Positions 1-6,600 of a stretch of DNA of 46,784 nt are shown one piece after another; position 1 is the stretch's first letter, and each line of letters starts with the position of its first letter. A program made the translations under genes and the position numbers. The DNA is taken from IMG/VR virus record IMGVR_UViG_3300045988_077852; one strand, given 5' to 3'. Origin of the DNA: a virus. The notes under the pieces are model-generated. The model worked only from the letters and a program-made list of their open reading frames with translations. It was not told the origin of the DNA and made no database searches.

Positions 1-1484
1 GGGAGTATCCCAAAGTTTGTGTAAACCTTCAAACTGATGTAAGATAATATTACTCAGTTTGGAGGTTTTTTTATGGGAAGAAGAAAAGGAGACACACCAC
101 AAAAAGCAGCATTAAGACAATTAATGCAAGGATATTTAAAGGACAATGATATCAGTGTAAAAAATGGAACAGATGTTAATGCAATCATGCGTGATATGAT
201 GTCAGTGATCCTTGAAGGTGCTCTGGATGAAGAACTCAATGAGGAACTAGGCTATTCCAGATATGATTATCGTAATAAAGATACCAATAACAGTCGCAAT
301 GGTCATTCTGGGAAAACCATGCATACCAGTTATGGGGATATGGAAATCGCTGTTCCTCGTGATCGTAATGGCGAATATGAACCCAGATTAATCAAAAAAT
401 ATCAGAATACTGTTACCCAGGACATGGAGGAAAAGATTCTCTCCATGTATGCAAAAGGCATGACGACCGGAGATATTGAATCTCACATGAAAGAACTCTA
501 CGACATTGATATATCAGACAGTACGATCAGCAGGATTACAGATAAGATCCTTCCGATCGTAAAAGAATGGCAGGAAAGACCTTTGGAAGAAGTCTATGCA
601 GTTGTTTATATGGATGCAATCCACTATCATGTGCGAAGTGAAGGCCGAATTGTAAAACGTGCTGTTTATATCGCTCTTGGGGTCAACATGGATGGTAAAA
701 AAGAAGTCCTTGGAATGTATGTGGGTGATAATGAAAGTGCTAAATTTTGGCTTTCTATCATCAATGGGCTGAAAAATCGTGGCGTTGAAGATATTCTGAT
801 CACATGTGTGGATGGACTGACAGGATTTCCACAGGCAATCGAAGCTGTATTTCCACAGACAGAGATACAACAGTGCATCATTCATCAGATACGAAATACC
901 ACAAGATATGTATCTTATAAAGACAATCGAAAAGTAATGGCTGACCTAAAGGCAGTCTATGCTGCACCAACGGAAGAGATCGCTTTAGAAAATCTTGAAG
1001 ATTTCGGAGAAAAGTGGAACTCAAAATATCCAAAAATCTATAAATCATGGAGCGAACGCTGGGCAACACTGGCTACTTATTTTAAATATCCAGAACAGGT
1101 TAGAAAACTTATTTATACAACAAATGCCATCGAAGGATTCAATCGTCAGTTGCGAAAAGTGACAAAAAGCAAAACTGTATTTCCAACTGATGACAGCTTA
1201 TTAAAAATGCTTTATTTGGCAACGATGGACATCACAAAAAAATGGACTGGTCGCAGAAGAGACTGGAGCCAGATCCGTGCACAATTAGATATATTTTTTG
1301 AAGAACGATTAGAAAAATATATGTATTAAAAATCTGTGTTTTTAGACAGGTTTATTTGACATGCCTAAAATCTTTTGTATAATGCAGATAAGGGCTATGA
1401 GTCAAAATTTGACTCATAACCCTCATAACTATTGATTAATCTTATATCAGTTTTTTGTGTTTACACAAAACTTGAAACAGTCTC
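1..1484 (+). mobile_element. IS256-family insertion sequence, complete copy
   Basis: Carries a single IS256/mutator-type transposase ORF. Imperfect terminal inverted repeats: 1-26 gggagtatcccaaagtttgtgtaaac vs reverse complement of 1459-1484 gagactgtttcaagttttgtgtaaac. Flanked by an 8-bp direct repeat ATAAAGAA (46658-46665 and 1485-1492). Confidence 0.85.
73..1329 (+). CDS. IS256 family transposase (418 aa)
   Basis: Full-length ORF with GGAGG RBS 8 nt upstream. Sequence pattern typical of IS256 transposases (YMDAIHYHVR, ITCVDGLTGFPQAIEAVFP, CIIHQIRN, TTNAIEGFNRQLRKVTK). Confidence 0.9.
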   Translation: MGRRKGDTPQKAALRQLMQGYLKDNDISVKNGTDVNAIMRDMMSVILEGALDEELNEELGYSRYDYRNKDTNNSRNGHSGKTMHTSYGDMEIAVPRDRNGEYEPRLIKKYQNTVTQDMEEKILSMYAKGMTTGDIESHMKELYDIDISDSTISRITDKILPIVKEWQERPLEEVYAVVYMDAIHYHVRSEGRIVKRAVYIALGVNMDGKKEVLGMYVGDNESAKFWLSIINGLKNRGVEDILITCVDGLTGFPQAIEAVFPQTEIQQCIIHQIRNTTRYVSYKDNRKVMADLKAVYAAPTEEIALENLEDFGEKWNSKYPKIYKSWSERWATLATYFKYPEQVRKLIYTTNAIEGFNRQLRKVTKSKTVFPTDDSLLKMLYLATMDITKKWTGRRRDWSQIRAQLDIFFEERLEKYMY

Positions 1485-1552
1485 ATAAAGAACACGCATT
1501 AAGTTATATAAATGTCTTAGAACGTCTGCCAGTGCCTTTTGACGTGATATAA
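1485..1552 (+). pseudogene. 3' fragment of the small phage gene split by the IS (continues ORF 46492-46665)
   Basis: Removing the IS and one copy of the 8-bp duplication joins ...CKDKE (46665) in frame to HALSYINVLERLPVPFDVI*. The stop is at 1550-1552, immediately before a terminator. Confidence 0.6.
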
Positions 1553-1585
1553 AAAAGAGCCGTAGGTTAATTCCTACGGCTTATT
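1551..1585. terminator. Bidirectional intrinsic terminator between convergent genes
   Basis: Stem gccgtagg (1559-1566) / cctacggc (1573-1580). An A6 tract lies upstream, which gives a T-run on the minus strand for gene 1586-1828. TTATT lies downstream on the plus strand. Confidence 0.7.
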
Positions 1586-1828
1586 CTATGCGTTCAAATA
1601 CAATTTTTTTAATGATTCATTATCTGGATAGTCTAAATCCAACCACTTATCAAAAGCTTCTGGATTTCTCTTTTCCAGTTCATCCATAATCCAACCACGG
1701 ACCATGGACAATTCAAGACTAATTGGTATAGCTTCGGTCATGTCAAATTCTTTTATAAGCTGTTCTATTGATAATCTACTCAGCATAGCTCTTGCGTTCT
1801 TTTCTGCGTTCTTAGTCATATTTCCCAA
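1586..1828 (-). CDS. hypothetical protein (80 aa; TTG start, alternative ATG at 1819)
   Basis: ORF track. GAGGG RBS 7 nt upstream of the TTG. Last gene of a three-gene leftward operon ending at the terminator. Confidence 0.55.
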   Translation of the reverse strand: MGNMTKNAEKNARAMLSRLSIEQLIKEFDMTEAIPISLELSMVRGWIMDELEKRNPEAFDKWLDLDYPDNESLKKLYLNA

Positions 1829-1866
1829 CTTTCTACCCTCGTAACCTCCGGGGTGGGTGGTGTATG

Positions 1867-2127
1867 TTATGCAGGTATTACAAGACTGTCACGATCAGCC
1901 TTGACAAGACGATTTTTATTAAGTCTATCTTTCCACTGTTCAACAAGTGATTCATGGAGCTTTAAGGCTTCTTTCTTGCTGCAGGTTGTATAAGAATCAA
2001 TTTCTTCAAAATCATCCATATACATTACAACGGTTTGGTATTCGTGTAATACTTCCACATAAGCTGTGGAAATATTACATTCTGTTTGATGTAACCAAAA
2101 TTTGTGTCTTGCGATTACTTTATTCAT
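1867..2127 (-). CDS. hypothetical protein (86 aa)
   Basis: ORF track, trimmed to the ATG at 2127, which has an AGGAGGG RBS 7 nt upstream. Overlaps the upstream gene by 8 nt. Confidence 0.6.
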   Translation of the reverse strand: MNKVIARHKFWLHQTECNISTAYVEVLHEYQTVVMYMDDFEEIDSYTTCSKKEALKLHESLVEQWKDRLNKNRLVKADRDSLVIPA

Positions 2128-2332
2128 TTTCAATCCCTCCTAAAATCTTTTTACAAGCTTCTACATATCCGTCTGGAAGTGTTTCAGTGTTCATCTTCCC
2201 ACCGTTTGCTCTCCATTCGAGATATTTTTTAACTTCTTCTTTTTCTTCTTCCAGTTCGTAAATAAATTCTTCGTAGGAAACGAAGTCCTCATTTTCGACT
2301 AACTTTTCAATTTCTTTTCTTAATTCTTTCAT
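2120..2332 (-). CDS. hypothetical acidic protein (70 aa)
   Basis: ORF track. AGGGAGA RBS. First gene of the leftward operon, downstream of a consensus-like promoter. Confidence 0.6.
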   Translation of the reverse strand: MKELRKEIEKLVENEDFVSYEEFIYELEEEKEEVKKYLEWRANGGKMNTETLPDGYVEACKKILGGIENE

Positions 2333-2376
2333 CTTCTTTTCTCCCTTTTAAATGCTTTTCGTTTATCTTTAACTAG

Positions 2377-2405
2377 AGTATAAATGATTTTAGTTTAAAT
2401 GTCAA
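2377..2405 (-). promoter_or_regulatory. Sigma-A-type promoter for leftward operon 2332-1586
   Basis: On the minus strand: TTGACA (2405-2400), 17 nt spacer, TATACT (2382-2377). Confidence 0.55.
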
Positions 2406-2428
2406 TGGTAAAAATAAACTTTTTTCGT

Positions 2429-2457
2429 TTGACATATGATATATTTTAAATTATAAT
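2429..2457 (+). promoter_or_regulatory. Consensus sigma-A promoter for HTH gene 2487-2732
   Basis: TTGACA (2429-2434), 17 nt spacer, TATAAT (2452-2457). Back-to-back with the leftward promoter. Confidence 0.6.
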
Positions 2458-2486
2458 GATTTAAAAACAGAAAAGAGGTGTGGTTG

Positions 2487-2732
2487 ATGGAATACAATAT
2501 AAACTTTACTTACAAGGACAACAAGCAATTAAAAGAAATCTACAAAGAACTACTAAAAAGGAACGGCATGACAATGACAGAAGCGTCACAGCTCTTAGGA
2601 TTGTCAACACCGCAGCAGCTAAACAACAAATTTAATAATAAAAAAGTATCCTTAAGTGATTTAAAGGATTTTTTGGGTATAATGGGATATGATTACGAGA
2701 TAATAATAAAAAAGAGATCTGGGAGCTTTTGA
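2487..2732 (+). CDS. small HTH DNA-binding protein (81 aa)
   Basis: ORF track, trimmed to the ATG at 2487 (GAGGTG RBS). Segment MTMTEASQLLGLSTPQQLNNKFN looks like a helix-turn-helix. Divergent from the leftward operon. Confidence 0.6.
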   Translation: MEYNINFTYKDNKQLKEIYKELLKRNGMTMTEASQLLGLSTPQQLNNKFNNKKVSLSDLKDFLGIMGYDYEIIIKKRSGSF

Positions 2733-2749
2733 GTTCTTCCAGATCTCTT
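2712..2749. terminator. Bidirectional hairpin terminator between convergent genes 2487-2732 and 2753-3226
   Basis: 11-bp perfect stem aagagatctgg (2712-2722) / ccagatctctt (2739-2749). A-run upstream and T-run downstream. Confidence 0.6.
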
Positions 2750-2752
2750 TTA

Positions 2753-3226
2753 CTATGCAATTCTTGAAACATTGGAAGTCTTTACTTTTTCACTTCCGTA
2801 TTTTCTTTGAATGTCCTCGAAAGACATTTTCTTTTTATGCCACTTTCCAGATGGCTCTGTTGAGAAGTGCCACTTTTTACGATTCTTAGACCACTTAAAG
2901 CCTAACTTCTTTAGCTCTTCTTTGTACGGGAATGTATTACCATCTACCCAAATCCAAGAGCCTACTACCTCGATATTTACACCATCGAAAGAAACAATAT
3001 TATTAATAACATTTCTTAAGGCTTCGTCTGCCTTGTAATCAAATGTATTTTTCTTTTCTTCTTCTGGTGTCTGCCCTGCCTTGAACATGTCAAACAGTTT
3101 CTTGTATTCGGCTGTAATCTCTTGACATGTAACAACGTCTCCACCGTTGTCCGGGTGGTTGGCTACCATTAATTTTTTGTATTCTTTTCTGAGTTCCTGT
3201 AAGTTTTTGGCTGTAAAATATTTCAT
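2753..3226 (-). CDS. J-domain (DnaJ-like co-chaperone) protein with non-DnaJ C-terminal domain (157 aa)
   Basis: N-terminus LRKEYKKLMVANHPDNGGD carries the HPD tripeptide in a J-domain helix II-III context. AGGAGG RBS. The C-terminal part (GSWIWVDGNTFPYKEELKKLGFKWSKNRKKWHF) is unrelated to DnaJ Gly/Phe or zinc-finger regions. Confidence 0.85.
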   Translation of the reverse strand: MKYFTAKNLQELRKEYKKLMVANHPDNGGDVVTCQEITAEYKKLFDMFKAGQTPEEEKKNTFDYKADEALRNVINNIVSFDGVNIEVVGSWIWVDGNTFPYKEELKKLGFKWSKNRKKWHFSTEPSGKWHKKKMSFEDIQRKYGSEKVKTSNVSRIA

Positions 3227-3257
3227 GATAACACCTCCTAAATTGTCTAGCAGAGAC

Positions 3258-3425
3258 TTATAAAATCTCTGCTAAGCTAATAACCTGTGATTCTGATAAA
3301 TTATCCATGACGATCTCGTCTCCTTTGTGGAGTTCGAATCTGTCTGGAAAAGTTCCAAACCATCCGTCAAACTGATTGTCAATGTAGTATCCTTTTGATT
3401 CTAATTTTTTGATTGCTTCTTTCAT
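3258..3425 (-). CDS. small hypothetical protein (55 aa; below the ORF-track cutoff)
   Basis: My translation of the minus strand: MKEAIKKLESKGYYIDNQFDGWFGTFPDRFELHKGDEIVMDNLSESQVISLAEIL*. AAGGAGA RBS. First gene of the operon that also holds the J-domain gene. Confidence 0.5.
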   Translation of the reverse strand: MKEAIKKLESKGYYIDNQFDGWFGTFPDRFELHKGDEIVMDNLSESQVISLAEIL

Positions 3426-3471
3426 CTTATTATCTCCTTTTCTGATTGCTTTGTTCTCTTAACTTACTTTT

Positions 3472-3500
3472 ATTATACATAGAATCTATGTATACGTCAA
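3472..3500 (-). promoter_or_regulatory. Promoter for leftward operon 3425-2753, with a palindrome in the spacer
   Basis: On the minus strand: TTGACG (3500-3495), 17 nt spacer, TATAAT (3477-3472). The spacer contains the palindrome CATAGA-A-TCTATG (3478-3490). Confidence 0.55.
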
Positions 3501-3508
3501 TAGAAAAG

Positions 3509-3525
3509 TGCATAAAAATTATGCA
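3509..3525. promoter_or_regulatory. 17-bp palindromic operator, copy 1 (TGCATAA-AAA-TTATGCA)
   Basis: Perfect 7-bp inverted arms. Lies between the -35 boxes of two divergent promoters. A second copy is at 3830-3846. Confidence 0.55.
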
Positions 3526-3533
3526 TAAAATTC

Positions 3534-3562
3534 TTGATGTAAAATCATGAGTATGCTATAAT
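3534..3562 (+). promoter_or_regulatory. Promoter for HTH gene 3585-3815
   Basis: TTGATG (3534-3539), 17 nt spacer, TATAAT (3557-3562). Confidence 0.55.
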
Positions 3563-3584
3563 GATGTAAAAGGAGGGAAAAACG

Positions 3585-3815
3585 ATGATAAAATACAAAT
3601 TAGATGTGCAGGAAGAATTGAAGAAAAAAGGGTATACTTCTTATATAATAAGAAAAAACAAGTATTTAAGCGAGGGAACACTTGCAAAGATAAAGCGAGG
3701 AGAACCAATAAATATGAAAAGTCTTAATGCTATTTGCTGTATGCTCAGAAAAAATGTAGATGATGTAATTGATATAGAAATAACAGATGATGAAAAAATA
3801 AAATATTTTATCTAA
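3585..3815 (+). CDS. Xre/Cro-type HTH transcriptional regulator (76 aa)
   Basis: ORF track. AGGAGGG RBS. Pattern LSEGTLAKIKRGEPINMKSLNAICCML is typical of short Xre-family HTH proteins. Flanked on both sides by the same palindromic operator. Confidence 0.7.
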   Translation: MIKYKLDVQEELKKKGYTSYIIRKNKYLSEGTLAKIKRGEPINMKSLNAICCMLRKNVDDVIDIEITDDEKIKYFI

Positions 3816-3821
3816 AAAGTG

Positions 3822-3850
3822 TTGACTTATGCATAAACATTATGCATAAT
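3822..3850 (+). promoter_or_regulatory. Rightward promoter with operator copy 2 filling the spacer
   Basis: TTGACT (3822-3827), 17 nt spacer, CATAAT (3845-3850) preceded by TG. The palindrome TGCATAA-ACA-TTATGCA (3830-3846) occupies the spacer. Confidence 0.5.
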
Positions 3851-4049
3851 AAAGACAGTTAAAGGAGACACAAGAGAAGCAAGAGAGAAAGCCGAAAAAG
3901 AAATGTTCGGGAAATTTTTAGAAGAGCGCAAAGAGTATGTAAAGGATAAGAAAAACTGAAAGACGGTAAAAGAATCAAATAAAAAGAGTGTAAACAAAGG
4001 CACTTTCTACTATGGTATAATTATATTAGATAATAACCATAGTCGGGAG

Positions 4050-4235
4050 GTGTCTTTTTTGATTAATAACAAACTAAAGAATTGCTGTAACGATTGCGTA
4101 CATTGCGAGATCGTGACGGAGACAAAGAGAAGAGCAATCCCAGAAAACAAAACAGAAGTGGTACTGGTAAACATAAAGTGTAGTCATATGTGCGTATGCA
4201 GTAGATACCAGAAAGAGGTGCAGAATGGAAGATAG
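4050..4235 (+). CDS. small Cys-rich protein (61 aa; start uncertain, GTG 4050 or TTG 4059)
   Basis: ORF track. GGGAGG RBS. Contains CCNDCVHC ... CSHMCVC, suggesting a zinc-binding mini-protein. Confidence 0.45.
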   Translation: MSFLINNKLKNCCNDCVHCEIVTETKRRAIPENKTEVVLVNIKCSHMCVCSRYQKEVQNGR

Positions 4236-4395
4236 AAGTATATGCTGTGCTGAATGTATGTATCTACTAGGAAGTAATACAAAGAACTACTATATGTGTA
4301 ACGTAGGCAAGTATGACAGAATAGACAACGCATATCTATGCACCTGCGACAAATATAAAAGCAGGAATCCAAGCACAAAAGAATATAAGAGATAA
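4225..4395 (+). CDS. small Cys-rich protein (56 aa; below the ORF-track cutoff)
   Basis: My translation: MEDRSICCAECMYLLGSNTKNYYMCNVGKYDRIDNAYLCTCDKYKSRNPSTKEYKR*. AAGAGGTG RBS. Overlaps the previous ORF by 11 nt. Confidence 0.45.
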   Translation: MEDRSICCAECMYLLGSNTKNYYMCNVGKYDRIDNAYLCTCDKYKSRNPSTKEYKR

Positions 4396-4524
4396 TAACA
4401 GATCGTTAGAGGTGGTAAATTTCGTTGCAACCACGCACCCTATGGGTTAAAAGAGATGCAAGAGATGTGACGCTTGCCTAACGGTCTGTTTAAATATATA
4501 TAAACCTAGAAAGGATGTGAGAAG

Positions 4525-4800
4525 ATGAATCTAAATAGAATTATGCGAAAACTACAAAGAGCAATAGTATCAAACGGATTTGTAATAAGCTTAGACACAA
4601 CACAATTCTATTCAGAGGACCAGAAACGAATGATAACAATGTACATCCTGTCTATAAAAGCATATGAGAATACAAGAAAAGGTTGGAAAGACACACGGTA
4701 TGAGATACTAAGAACTGCTTCACAAGTGGACATAATTAAATGCCTGTCTGATATATGGGCAAGTATACGAGAAAGGAATTGGCAAATAAATGCGGAATGA
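4525..4800 (+). CDS. hypothetical protein upstream of terminase (91 aa)
   Basis: ORF track. AAAGGA RBS. Overlaps the terminase start by 11 nt. Confidence 0.6.
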   Translation: MNLNRIMRKLQRAIVSNGFVISLDTTQFYSEDQKRMITMYILSIKAYENTRKGWKDTRYEILRTASQVDIIKCLSDIWASIRERNWQINAE

Positions 4801-6421
4801 ACTTACACAGAAGCAAAGAACATTTGCTCATGCATGGATAAAAAACGGTGGGAATGATTATCAAGCCGCTATCGAAGCAGGATATTCCCCTGCAACAGCG
4901 AAGAACGCAAAAAAGAACATCATTGAAAAGCATGGAGTGAAAGAATATATAGCAGAACTACAAGCCAAAACAGACAAGGAAAACGGCTATGATATTATGA
5001 GTCTTGCAGACATACAGCGAAGACGGTCAATGATCGCCACTGGTGCGTTGCAAGATTCTTTTGGATTTACCCCAGATTTCCCAGACCAGTTAAAAGCCAT
5101 GAATGACTTAGAAAAGGCTTTGACGGTGCAGACAAAGGAAGAGGAAGAAAAGAAAGCAAGAGAAGAAGCATTAAGGAATAAGACATATCACATGGACCTT
5201 GATATAATCCCCGATGTGTTCCATCCAATGGTTAGAGATATAAGGAATCATGGCCATACAGAATATGTATTACCAGGGGGACGTGGTTCGAGTAAATCTT
5301 CTACGATACCTAACATTATAACGGAGCTTATGAGGAATGATCATAACATGCACGCACTTGTTGTAAGACAGGTGTACAACACTGTAAAGGATTCTGTGTA
5401 TGCTAAAACTAAGTGGGCAATAACAAAGCAGGAGTTCACGGAAAAAGAATATAAGTACACAAGCTCGCCTTATGAAATTACCATGAAAGACACAGGGCAA
5501 AAAGTATATTTTCGTGGTGCTGATGACCCAGACAAGATTAAATCAATTTCCCCAGAGTTCGGATATATCGGCATACTGTGGTTTGAAGAACTGGACCAGT
5601 TCGCAGGACCCGAAGCAGTGAGAAATATTGAACAGTCCGCTATTCGTGGTGGAGATAAGGCATATATATTTAAGAGCTTCAACCCACCGAAAAGTGCTAA
5701 CAATTGGGCAAATCAATATTTGCAAGAACCAAAAGACAACAGAATGATTGTAAGAAGCACATATCTAGACGTACCTAAAGAGTGGTTAGGCAAACCGTTT
5801 ATCGAAGAAGCGGAACACCTAAAAGAGATCAGACCCGAAGCGTATGAACATGAATACATGGGCATTGCTAACGGTAACGGTGGGGCAGTATTTGAGTATG
5901 TAGAAGTAAGAAAAATTACAGACAAAGAAATATCACAGATGGACCGCATATATCAAGGCGTTGACTGGGGATGGTATCCAGACAAGTACGCATTTACGAG
6001 GACATACTACGATGCGGCAAGAGAAACGATCTATTTAATAGATGAGCATTGCGTAAATAAGCGATCGAATGAGCAAACAGCCGAATGGATAAAGAAAAAA
6101 GGCTATAACGATTATGCAATCATTTGTGATAGTGCAGAGCCTAAATCTGTAGAGGACTATAGAAACTTAGGTCTTGTGGCACAGGCAGCAGTTAAAGGCC
6201 CAGGGTCAGTTGAATACGGCATGAAATGGCTACAACGTAGGAAGATTGTGATTGACCCACGGAGAACACCATACGCATACAAAGAAATTACAACGTATGA
6301 GTATGATAGAGACAAAGACGGTAATATAATAAGCGGATACCCAGACAGAGACAATCATGCTATTGATTCGTTGAGATACGCATACAACAGAGTGATCATG
6401 AGGAGAGGAGAGAACGCATAA
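4790..6421 (+). CDS. terminase: N-terminal small-subunit-like domain fused to a PBSX-type large subunit (543 aa)
   Basis: Residues 1-~115 (LTQKQRTFAHAWIKNGGNDYQAAIEAGYSPATAKNAKKNIIEKHGVKEYI) match the Terminase_2/P27-type TerS pattern. A K/E-rich linker follows. The TerL part has Walker A GGRGSSKS (nt 5276-5299) and a C-terminal nuclease-type region (DSAEPKS, NHAIDSLRY). There is no stop codon between the two parts. Confidence 0.88.
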   Translation: MRNELTQKQRTFAHAWIKNGGNDYQAAIEAGYSPATAKNAKKNIIEKHGVKEYIAELQAKTDKENGYDIMSLADIQRRRSMIATGALQDSFGFTPDFPDQLKAMNDLEKALTVQTKEEEEKKAREEALRNKTYHMDLDIIPDVFHPMVRDIRNHGHTEYVLPGGRGSSKSSTIPNIITELMRNDHNMHALVVRQVYNTVKDSVYAKTKWAITKQEFTEKEYKYTSSPYEITMKDTGQKVYFRGADDPDKIKSISPEFGYIGILWFEELDQFAGPEAVRNIEQSAIRGGDKAYIFKSFNPPKSANNWANQYLQEPKDNRMIVRSTYLDVPKEWLGKPFIEEAEHLKEIRPEAYEHEYMGIANGNGGAVFEYVEVRKITDKEISQMDRIYQGVDWGWYPDKYAFTRTYYDAARETIYLIDEHCVNKRSNEQTAEWIKKKGYNDYAIICDSAEPKSVEDYRNLGLVAQAAVKGPGSVEYGMKWLQRRKIVIDPRRTPYAYKEITTYEYDRDKDGNIISGYPDRDNHAIDSLRYAYNRVIMRRGENA

Positions 6422-6600
6422 TGATGATAAATTTAAAAGATGTAACTTGTATACAAATTGGAAATGTAATGTTAGGCATCAAGGATATAGAAAAAATATC
6501 TATCCATGATGGTGGGGTTTGGCTTACGATTAATGGCGATTTGATACAAGGAGATATAGAAACAAAAATCGGAAACGTTAAACTGATAGCGGTGGAATAG
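6421..6600 (+). CDS. small hypothetical protein (59 aa; below the ORF-track cutoff)
   Basis: ATG overlaps the terminase stop (TAATG), and the stop at 6598-6600 abuts the portal ATG at 6601. My translation: MMINLKDVTCIQIGNVMLGIKDIEKISIHDGGVWLTINGDLIQGDIETKIGNVKLIAVE*. Confidence 0.5.
   Translation: MMINLKDVTCIQIGNVMLGIKDIEKISIHDGGVWLTINGDLIQGDIETKIGNVKLIAVE

Noticed and set aside
1-119. Biological direct terminal repeat (DTR) of a linear phage genome
   Set aside because: The repeat lies entirely inside the IS left end and transposase start, not at a packaging-related site. The terminase is PBSX/headful-like. An assembler k-mer overlap on a circular path is the simpler explanation.
5192-6421. 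Independent TerL gene starting at the internal ATG 5192
   Set aside because: The upstream frame is open and continuous from 4790 with no stop, and the internal ATG has no properly spaced RBS. It is kept as a fusion, with the alternative noted in the findings.
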